Both the position numbers and the translations under genes were made by a program. Of a DNA stretch of 48,709 nt, positions 20,074 to 27,332 are shown piece after piece. Under the pieces are notes generated by a model, which had not been told where the DNA came from, searched no databases, and worked only from the letters and a program-made list of their open reading frames with translations. Position 1 is the stretch's first letter. Every line of letters begins with the position of its first letter. Source of the stretch: Bacilli bacterium (GTDB taxonomy: Bacteria > Bacillota_I > Bacilli_A > RF39 > UBA660); contig DAOPJC010000001.1 of the NCBI GenBank assembly GCA_035399485.1, forward strand, positions 1 through 48,709. Direction: 5' to 3'.

Positions 20074-20195
20074 GGTAATATTTTCTCCTTTTGAAGTAGT
20101 TATAATATTTCATTTCATTTTTGTCTATCAAAATGCTTTTACATTTGTTAAAATATTTTGTCAAAATACATTTACATATTGATTATATCATAGAA

Positions 20196-20223
20196 TAAAA
20201 AAACTAACTATTTCTAGTTAGCT
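20196..20223 (-). terminator. orphan rho-independent terminator (inferred original secA terminator)
   Basis: Minus strand CTAACTA-GAAA-TAGTTAG followed by a T-run, directly after the displaced secA tail. Confidence 0.6.
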
Positions 20224-20239
20224 AATTATATTTTATAAA

Positions 20240-20284
20240 ACTATTTTCCACAACATTGCTTGTATTTTTTACCACTGCCACATG
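20240..20284. repeat. left att-type direct repeat = displaced copy of the last 13 secA codons plus stop
   Basis: 40 of 45 positions identical to 40675-40719. The minus strand reads CGSGKKYKQCCGK-TAG. Confidence 0.8.
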
Positions 20285-20418
20285 AAAATTCTATGGTCAT
20301 ATTTACACTATTATTGGTATATATAGTACTATGATTTTTACCCTTATATTACGGGCATTTAGTAATACATATTATTAATATTTATAATATTATAAAAATA
20401 TATAAAATTATAAATTAG

Positions 20419-20440
20419 GTGGACAAAAAGTGGACAAATA
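20419..20440 (+). repeat. two GTGGACAAA repeats 11 bp apart (putative arm-type integrase sites, left end)
   Basis: GTGGACAAAAAGTGGACAAAT. The same doublet occurs at 40598-40618. Confidence 0.55.
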
Positions 20441-20515
20441 ATTACTCAATTATTAGTATGTTCCATCTTTTGTACCTAAATACATTATACAACATTTTCT
20501 TTCTTCTGACCAGAC

Positions 20516-21379
20516 CTATTTACTATTTTTTTCAAAATCGTCTAAAGAAATAGCTGGCATTCTGCAAAATATGTTATCTCTATGGTATTTTAAATATTTG
20601 CCTGACCCCGATTGAAGTCTTACCCTATCTCCATCTTTTAAACTTAACCTATTTTTTGTAATGTTTGATAAGAATGGTGAAATTAGTAAAGTTCCATCAT
20701 CTTCAAAAGAAATAAATCCTAAATCAAATAATGTATGATATGTTGGCGTCATTGTAATTCCATTCTTCGAATCATATCTCTCGTCATCAGTATCACAATC
20801 AGCAAATGGTTTAATATGACAAGCAACTAATAATCTATCATCTGCAACCATCGTAAATGGGCAAAACGGCATATTATCTAATAAAGCTGTTCTATATGAA
20901 CTTTGCTTTAATCTTCTTGTCTTTTTACTAGAATTGTTTTCTTTAATATTGTTTTCATCTAACACTTCTTCTAATTCTTCTTTAACTTTTAAATCATTAA
21001 ATAATATTGGTCTCATGTAGATATATTTCTTTTTCGTTTCATCATCTATAGTTCCTTTTTTGTATGTTTCAACAAGTATAATCTTTTCTTCTTGATTTAA
21101 ATGGCTAAACGCATATACAATTTTTGATAAGTATTTATCTAAATTTTCTTCGTTCGTTAATTTTTTTACGACATAATCTTCAACCTTTGAATTATTTCTT
21201 TTAACAAAACTACTATATTTAATTTCATAATTAGATGTTATTGTAGGCATCGATACTTGATCATATCTGATTTTCAACAAATTTACTGTATTAAATATTT
21301 TTCTTACTTCCTTCGACATCGAGTTGTAGTCATATCTCTTTAATAATTCATCTGGTAACACTGCATTGATTTTAGTCAT
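20516..21379 (-). CDS. HNH nuclease (HNH_2-type C-terminal domain) with an ArpU/sigma-like N-terminal remnant
   Basis: C-terminus CPFTMVADDRLLVACHIKPFADC...NGITMTPTYHTLFDLGFISF. The N-terminal part (LNQEEKIILVETY) resembles ArpU-type regulators. Confidence 0.65.
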   Translation of the reverse strand: MTKINAVLPDELLKRYDYNSMSKEVRKIFNTVNLLKIRYDQVSMPTITSNYEIKYSSFVKRNNSKVEDYVVKKLTNEENLDKYLSKIVYAFSHLNQEEKIILVETYKKGTIDDETKKKYIYMRPILFNDLKVKEELEEVLDENNIKENNSSKKTRRLKQSSYRTALLDNMPFCPFTMVADDRLLVACHIKPFADCDTDDERYDSKNGITMTPTYHTLFDLGFISFEDDGTLLISPFLSNITKNRLSLKDGDRVRLQSGSGKYLKYHRDNIFCRMPAISLDDFEKNSK

Positions 21380-21406
21380 ATATTCTCTCCTTGCTAAAAA
21401 TGATTC

Positions 21407-21445
21407 AAAAAAAATAGACTATACAGCTAATAGCTGAAAGTCTAT
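21407..21445 (-). terminator. strong rho-independent terminator
   Basis: Minus strand ATAGACTTTCAGCT-ATT-AGCTGTATAGTCTAT followed by T8, only about 30 nt upstream of the HNH start. Confidence 0.65.
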
Positions 21446-21553
21446 TCAAGGTAAAATATTTACTACTACATATCGAATATTAGAAGAGGCAAAAAATTTA
21501 AATTCAATTTCATTAATATATAAATTATTAATTACATTCATGTATTTAAACAT
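21446..21553 (-). CDS. 35-aa small ORF (MFKYMNVINNLYINEIEFKFFASSNIRYVVVNILP)
   Basis: GGGGGT SD 6 nt upstream of the ATG. The TGA stop abuts the terminator hairpin. It is below the ORF-track size cutoff. Confidence 0.35.
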   Translation of the reverse strand: MFKYMNVINNLYINEIEFKFFASSNIRYVVVNILP

Positions 21554-21713
21554 ATTTCAACCCCCATAAATAAAATAGATATTCATCTCAAATATTCAAT
21601 TAGGTTATATAATAATAAATTTTTCCATAAAAATCAAGAGTTTTTAGTAAATAACTAAAAAGAAAACTATTTAATAGTTCCCTCTCTCGTTACACCTATC
21701 TCGATTTTACTAC

Positions 21714-21722
21714 ATTATATCA
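21714..21722 (-). promoter_or_regulatory. extended -10 promoter (TGaTATAAT) on the minus strand
   Basis: Minus strand reads TTGTCAAGTGATATAAT. It would drive a transcript of about 300 nt ending at the 21407-21445 terminator. Confidence 0.35.
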
Positions 21723-21794
21723 CTTGACAAACGGCTTGTGTCATTAAACTTTTTCGAAGTTTCAAGGCATATTTTATAGATAAAAGTAATATTA

Positions 21795-21824
21795 ATTGTC
21801 GATTGATTGTCGACAGATTGTGAA
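21795..21824 (+). repeat. three 11-bp-phased ATTGTCGA / ATTGTCGA / ATTGTGAA repeats (iteron/operator-like)
   Basis: ATTGTCGAttgATTGTCGAcagATTGTGAA. The TTGTCG core recurs in the HTH-ParB leaders. Confidence 0.45.
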
Positions 21825-21938
21825 CATTTTATTCATTTATCCCTTTAAATATAATAAATTATACTTTTTAAAAATATCAATATTTTTATAATATAAAATT
21901 GTATAAACTATAGTCATTATTTTACGGTTAATATAAAA

Positions 21939-22118
21939 TTATTTTTTTTTATTATTTTTTTTGTCTTTTATTTCTTTGTTCTTATTTTCTTCATTATTTT
22001 TAATAACTTGAACTTTGGGATTTACAACTTTATATTCTTTTTTTACCTTTTTAGTCCCTAGTACATCATCAATTTGATCAGTAGCAACTAAATATTCTAA
22101 TAAATTATCCTCAAACAT
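21939..22118 (-). CDS. 59-aa small ORF, acidic N-terminus and Lys-rich tail
   Basis: ATG 17 nt after the macro-domain stop. Sequence MFEDNLLEYLVATDQIDDVLGTKKVKKEYKVVNPKVQVIKNNEENKNKEIKDKKNNKKK. The SD is weak. Confidence 0.3.
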   Translation of the reverse strand: MFEDNLLEYLVATDQIDDVLGTKKVKKEYKVVNPKVQVIKNNEENKNKEIKDKKNNKKK

Positions 22119-22137
22119 ATCTACTCATCCATTTCTT

Positions 22138-22647
22138 TTATGTATACAAGTACTTTTTATAAATATCAGCTATTATTTCATCTGATAAAACGAAAATACA
22201 ATTTATATCATATTTTACGGTTAATTCTTTAATTGCTGTTATTACATTTTCAGCTATATCACTATGTTTATAACCGTGAACTCCTGTACCAATACTAACT
22301 GTCAATATATTTTTATAATTATTTTCCTTTGCCCTTTCAAATATTTTTTTATAAGAATCAACAAGAACTGATAAAGGTTTTGATTGCTCATAATACTTTG
22401 GTGCAAATATATTAATTATATCTATATTTAGTTTAAATCCTGGTGTAATTCTAACTTCATTTGTTATCATCTTTTCACTATATTTTTTTCTACAATAATT
22501 TTCCAATTCATCTTTGCCAGCATTTTTATATATTATACCGCATACACCACTGCCTGATATCATATACTGATTATTTGAATTTACAATTGCATCAGCTGAA
22601 CTTATATAATCTATTATATTACCAACTTCTATATTTAACTTGCCCAT
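22138..22647 (-). CDS. macro-domain (ADP-ribose binding/hydrolase) protein
   Basis: ADAIVNSNN...GSGVCGIIYKNAG...VSIGTGVHGYKHSD matches the MacroD-type pattern. Confidence 0.7.
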   Translation of the reverse strand: MGKLNIEVGNIIDYISSADAIVNSNNQYMISGSGVCGIIYKNAGKDELENYCRKKYSEKMITNEVRITPGFKLNIDIINIFAPKYYEQSKPLSVLVDSYKKIFERAKENNYKNILTVSIGTGVHGYKHSDIAENVITAIKELTVKYDINCIFVLSDEIIADIYKKYLYT

Positions 22648-22668
22648 TTTATCACTTTCCTTAGATAG

Positions 22669-22696
22669 ATTATAACATAGTGATATTTTTTATCAA
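22669..22696 (-). promoter_or_regulatory. near-consensus sigma-70-type promoter of the macro-domain gene
   Basis: Minus strand TTGATA-16 nt-TGtTATAAT, then an AAGGAAAG SD. Confidence 0.5.
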
Positions 22697-22878
22697 AATT
22701 AATTTTTTTATAAAACTCTTATATTTAATCTATTTATATCTATATTTAGAATTTCTTTGCTTTTAATTTCATTATAATTTTTAATTGCGTTTATTATATA
22801 TTCTTCAATATATCTTTTATCCCTTTTTAATATTTCTCGAGGTAAAACAGATTCAATATTATTTTTATTAAAAGATAT

Positions 22879-23616
22879 TTATTCATTTTGGTTTCCTTTA
22901 TTTTGACAGAATATTTCTTCTATTATATTAAAGTTTAATAATTTCTTTTTACTAAGGTCTCTTATCTTAATAGCCTGAGCATGACTTGGAGTTAGATCTG
23001 CATAAGTAATTGAAGCATAAACTAAATTTTGTTCATCTTTATTTAGATATGATAATTCAACAGCTGGTTTTAATCCCATAGTAAGAAATGTCCTTTTATC
23101 ATATTTAATAGTATTATCTACTAATTCTAATAATTCTGGAATCAAATATGTTAATCTAATATACCTCTTAACATTTGTTGATGAATCACCAAATTTTTTT
23201 CCAACTTTTTCAGAAGTTAACTTCGGTCCCTCGTGGTCTGAAGTTAATTTTCCTTGATGTTTCATCGCATCCATCTTCATTTTATATGCAAAAGCCTTTT
23301 CTGAAGGCAAAACCTTTTCTCTGTATATATTTGAGTCTACCATACAAATTGTTGCTTCATCGTCGTTAAAATCCTTTATATAAGCATTAATCGTATCTAA
23401 TCCTATTAATTCCATAGCCTTCTTCCTTCTATGTCCTGATATTATCTCATATCTACCATTATTCTTAGGTCTAACTATTATTGGATTTAATAATCCATTT
23501 TCTTTTATACTATTAGCTAGTTCCATAAATGATTCATCATTATTTAATAAAAATGGATGATTTTGAAAACTATCAATATCACTTATTTTTATTTCTATTA
23601 AATTATTCATTTTCAC
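22879..23616 (-). CDS. ParB/Srx-like N-terminal domain protein, copy A, truncated by an in-frame TAA
   Basis: NPIIVRPKNNGRYEIISGHRRKKA ParB box. The frame stays open for 56 more codons (22708-22878), homologous to the C-terminus of copy B. Confidence 0.7.
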   Translation of the reverse strand: MKMNNLIEIKISDIDSFQNHPFLLNNDESFMELANSIKENGLLNPIIVRPKNNGRYEIISGHRRKKAMELIGLDTINAYIKDFNDDEATICMVDSNIYREKVLPSEKAFAYKMKMDAMKHQGKLTSDHEGPKLTSEKVGKKFGDSSTNVKRYIRLTYLIPELLELVDNTIKYDKRTFLTMGLKPAVELSYLNKDEQNLVYASITYADLTPSHAQAIKIRDLSKKKLLNFNIIEEIFCQNKGNQNE

Positions 23617-24088
23617 TCACTAATCCTTTATCAACATAATTCAATTTCCATTCTGTATATTCTTCAAATGATATTTCTCTTCTTAATCTCTTATTTCTAA
23701 TAATATTCCATTCTTCAATGAACTTTTTTATTCTAGTAATATATTTATCATTTATATTAGGTAAATCAGATAAATCAATATGATAATTTGGTAGTAATTC
23801 TTCTAACCACATTAAAGTATAAATAATATCTTCCATATTTGAATAATCATATTTCTTAATAGAATTAACATTTACATTTAGTATTTTTGATATTTCAAAA
23901 GTTCTCTCATCTTTTGGATTTCTGTTTCCTTTTTCATATCTAGTCATTGTCCTTCTTTTACATTCTCCAGTTAAACCTAATTTATTTGATATATCATCTT
24001 GAGATAATAATCTAAATTGTCTAACATAAGCAATTCTTGAACCTTGTGATAAATCCCTTAATTTGGGCTTAGTATAAATTAATCGCAT
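23603..24088 (-). CDS. HTH DNA-binding protein, copy A (partner of ParB-like A)
   Basis: LSQDDISNKLGLTGECKRRTMTRYEKGNRNP. ATG at 24088 behind AGGTG. It overlaps the ParB start by 14 nt. Confidence 0.7.
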   Translation of the reverse strand: MRLIYTKPKLRDLSQGSRIAYVRQFRLLSQDDISNKLGLTGECKRRTMTRYEKGNRNPKDERTFEISKILNVNVNSIKKYDYSNMEDIIYTLMWLEELLPNYHIDLSDLPNINDKYITRIKKFIEEWNIIRNKRLRREISFEEYTEWKLNYVDKGLVSENE

Positions 24089-24131
24089 TTTACATAACAC
24101 CTATTACTCGTCGCACATCAGCCTTTTTATA

Positions 24132-24175
24132 TCAAAAAAAGACTAAGATTTGCGACAAAAAGTCATCTTAGTCTT
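24132..24175 (-). terminator. terminator-like hairpin in the leader of module A
   Basis: Perfect 11-bp stem AAGACTAAGAT/ATCTTAGTCTT, a 15-nt loop containing TTGTCGCAA, then a T-run on the minus strand. Confidence 0.5.
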
Positions 24176-24327
24176 AAAATTAATATAATTTTTAACAATT
24201 TGAAGTATTCTTTACAATATAATTAATTTTAAAAATTTCTTTTCAAAATCATAAAATCCTTATATTATATAGAATAATTTGCTTCAAAATCATTAATTAC
24301 TTTGTCCTACCGAACTTCACCGCAGCT

Positions 24328-24415
24328 TGTGCTGCATTGTTGTTAGGCAGGATAATTAATCATTATATAAATTTTGACTAATAGCTTCTGCCTTTCTATT
24401 ACCAGAATATCATAT
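24328..24415. repeat. conserved non-coding block, copy A
   Basis: About 80 percent identical by eye to 33038-33125. Contains the relatively GC-rich core TGTGCTGCATTGTTGT and TTGACT-17 nt-TATTAC on the plus strand. Confidence 0.6.
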
Positions 24416-24453
24416 TTTCAACGAATTAACCATTAAATAATAAATTTACTATA

Positions 24454-27237
24454 TTATAAATAATTTTGTATAATCTTTTTAACTATTTCTATTTCTTTAA
24501 ATAGACTTATATAATTTTGGTCAATATAAATTAAATCATTTTCTTTACTCTTTATTTCATGATTTAGTGCAAATTCTGCTAATTTAGTAAATCCTAAATA
24601 TTTTGAATCACTTTTCAATGCATGAACTTCTATTGCATAGTTAGACATATCTTTTTCTATTCTATATTTGTTTAGTTTTGTTAATCTATCATTTATCCCA
24701 TTCATAAAATCCTTTAAGGTTTCATTATACATATCCAAATCGCCTAAAAGTTCAATTCCTCGATTGACATCTACACTATTCTGTTTTAGATATTCAATAT
24801 TTCCTTTTTCAATTTGTTTATCAACATATATTGAAGAAAATTGACTACTTGGTTTATACAAAACTGAATTAGAAATATTAGTGTTTAATGGTTTAGATAA
24901 ATCTTCAAAATCTTTAGTAATATCATCAAAAAGTGGCTTTTCTAATTTTCTTGATTCTTCTTTTTTAGATAGAACTAAATTTATTATTTTATCAAGCTCT
25001 GTTCTATTTATAGGTTTCGATATGTAATCATCAAAACCTTCTTTCAGATAATTTTCTTTTGCACCTTCGACTGCATTAGCTGTTAGAACTACTATTGGAA
25101 GTCCTATCTTCATTTCCTTTAATTTATGCATTGTTTCTGTCCCAGTCATTTCAGGCATCATGTCATCCATGAATATTAAGTCATATTTATTTCCATTAAT
25201 TATTTTATTTAGGCATTCTTGTCCACTTTGCGCCTCATCAATGTCAAAATTGTAAGGTTTTAAAAATGTTGATGCAATTTTTATATTTATTTTATTGTCA
25301 TCAACAACAAGGACTTTTTTACCACTAAATACTGAATTAATTTCATTCTGATTTAAATTTGTTGTATTACTAACTTCGCTATTTTGATTCGTTTTAAGTT
25401 TTGAGTTTTCTACATTATTAGATATGTGTAGAAATTTTTTTATAACTTGATTTAATTCATCTTTCTCAATCGGTTTTGCTAGATAATCATCAAACCCTTG
25501 TTTAATATATTGTTCTTTCATTCCATTAATTGCATTTGCTGTTAAAGCTACAGTTGGAATATCAAATCCATCAATTTGTTTTAATCTCATTAAGGTTTCA
25601 GGTCCGCGCATTCTTGGCATCATGTCATCCATTAATATTAGATCATATCTGTTTCCATTTTTTATTAATTCAATAGCTTCCATACCAGATTCAACTAGTA
25701 CATTTATTGTGTTATAAGCTTTTAAAATTTTATCAGCTACTTTTAAATTTAATTTATTGTCATCTACTATTAATATCTTAGAACCACTAAAATCCAGTTT
25801 TTCTTCTTCGACAAATTTAGCAGTTATTCCATCATGAATTTTCACTATCTTTTGATTTAGATATACTGTGAATTTTGAGCCTTGTCCATATACGCTTTGA
25901 ACTATTATCTTGCCGTCCATCATATCAACAAGTGATTTTGTAATAGCAAGTCCTAGTCCTGTCCCCTCTGTTGTCGTATTTCTGTCTTCTTCTAATCTAT
26001 TAAATTTAGTAAACAATTTATCAATTTGATCTGGTTTGATACCTCGTCCAGTATCTTCTATTGAAAATACTAATGAGGAATTATCTCCATTATTTACACA
26101 GTTAACATTAAATAATATTTTACCTTTTTCTGTATACTTCACAGCGTTTGTTAGAAGATTAGTAACTATTTGTTTTATTTTCCCTAAATCTCCATACATA
26201 ACAGCTGGAATATCTAAACCAAATTGAGGAATTAACTCGATAGGTTTTTCACCAATTCTTGGAATCATTAATTTGGCTATATTTTCTAAATTAGGGAGAA
26301 GTTCGTAATTTGTATTCACTATTTCCATTTTATTAGCTTCAATCTTAGATATATCTAAAATACCATTTACTATTTCAAGTAAGTTTTGAGATGCCATGAT
26401 TATATCATCAGCGTCTTTTTGAGCTTCATTTATATCATGTTCCGTCTTAATACATTCTGAAAATCCTACTATTGCATTAAGTGGCGTTCTTATTTCGTGA
26501 CTCATGCTTGATAAGAATTCCGATTTTGCTCTATTAGCCTTTTCTGCTTGATCCTTTGCAAAATTCAGTTCCTCTATCATTTTCATATCCGGATTCTCAA
26601 TTGTAAAATACATAAGAAAATTAATAAAAACTAATACAAAAGTTATTATCAATGTCTCAGGTGAGATAAATTGAATTATTCCCGCAGACAAACCTGATAT
26701 AGCAAATGCTAATAGCGGAATATATTTTTTATTCTTCAAATTTTTTCTATTAACTATTAAACTTATTATCCATATAAGACTACAAGTCCCTGCGAAAAAA
26801 TAAGTTGTTAATACTGCAGGTCCATATGTATATATTCTACCATCAGTTGAATAATTGTGAAGTGGAAGAAATGCTATAGCAATAACAAATAAGATATATA
26901 TTATCCAAGTAATGGAAAACCATTTTTGTTTTGGATCAAATTTCATATTTTTATTTGCTATTGAAACTATATATATTGTAAATAAAAGCAGCCAACTTAT
27001 CATGTATATTAAATATACTTTTGATATAGGATTTAATAATACATTCTTGAAATCATAAAAGGCTAAAGAAGTACTTATAATATCCAAAATAACTCCAGCA
27101 AAATTTACTACTATTAGCATAGAGAAAATTTTATTATCTACATTTACTGCTCTCTTTTTTGAAAAATAAATAATTGACAACAATACAACATAAAACACAC
27201 TTGCTATTTGAAAATTTAAAAAATTCATTTCATTCAC
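24454..27237 (-). CDS. hybrid sensor histidine kinase: 7TM sensor, HisKA, HATPase, two REC domains, HPt
   Basis: [10 protein letters not shown]-box, [10 protein letters not shown] and GTGLGL ATPase boxes, two DDxxxN...MDDMMP REC domains, C-terminal [11 protein letters not shown] HPt motif. Confidence 0.85.
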   Translation of the reverse strand: MNEMNFLNFQIASVFYVVLLSIIYFSKKRAVNVDNKIFSMLIVVNFAGVILDIISTSLAFYDFKNVLLNPISKVYLIYMISWLLLFTIYIVSIANKNMKFDPKQKWFSITWIIYILFVIAIAFLPLHNYSTDGRIYTYGPAVLTTYFFAGTCSLIWIISLIVNRKNLKNKKYIPLLAFAISGLSAGIIQFISPETLIITFVLVFINFLMYFTIENPDMKMIEELNFAKDQAEKANRAKSEFLSSMSHEIRTPLNAIVGFSECIKTEHDINEAQKDADDIIMASQNLLEIVNGILDISKIEANKMEIVNTNYELLPNLENIAKLMIPRIGEKPIELIPQFGLDIPAVMYGDLGKIKQIVTNLLTNAVKYTEKGKILFNVNCVNNGDNSSLVFSIEDTGRGIKPDQIDKLFTKFNRLEEDRNTTTEGTGLGLAITKSLVDMMDGKIIVQSVYGQGSKFTVYLNQKIVKIHDGITAKFVEEEKLDFSGSKILIVDDNKLNLKVADKILKAYNTINVLVESGMEAIELIKNGNRYDLILMDDMMPRMRGPETLMRLKQIDGFDIPTVALTANAINGMKEQYIKQGFDDYLAKPIEKDELNQVIKKFLHISNNVENSKLKTNQNSEVSNTTNLNQNEINSVFSGKKVLVVDDNKINIKIASTFLKPYNFDIDEAQSGQECLNKIINGNKYDLIFMDDMMPEMTGTETMHKLKEMKIGLPIVVLTANAVEGAKENYLKEGFDDYISKPINRTELDKIINLVLSKKEESRKLEKPLFDDITKDFEDLSKPLNTNISNSVLYKPSSQFSSIYVDKQIEKGNIEYLKQNSVDVNRGIELLGDLDMYNETLKDFMNGINDRLTKLNKYRIEKDMSNYAIEVHALKSDSKYLGFTKLAEFALNHEIKSKENDLIYIDQNYISLFKEIEIVKKIIQNYL

Positions 27238-27260
27238 TCACTCTCTACAATCTTATATAT

Positions 27261-27288
27261 ATAATAACATAAAAGTAAAAATTTTCAA
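27261..27288 (-). promoter_or_regulatory. putative promoter of the hybrid kinase gene
   Basis: Minus strand TTGAAA-16 nt-TGtTATTAT. Confidence 0.4.
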
Positions 27289-27332
27289 CATTTTAATCGC
27301 TAAAATAGTAAAAAAAAACAAAATAATTAATT

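Noticed and set aside
22138-22647. DarTG-type toxin-antitoxin
   Set aside because: No DarT-like or other ADP-ribosyltransferase ORF is adjacent. The protein is a bare macro domain without the DarG C-terminal extension.
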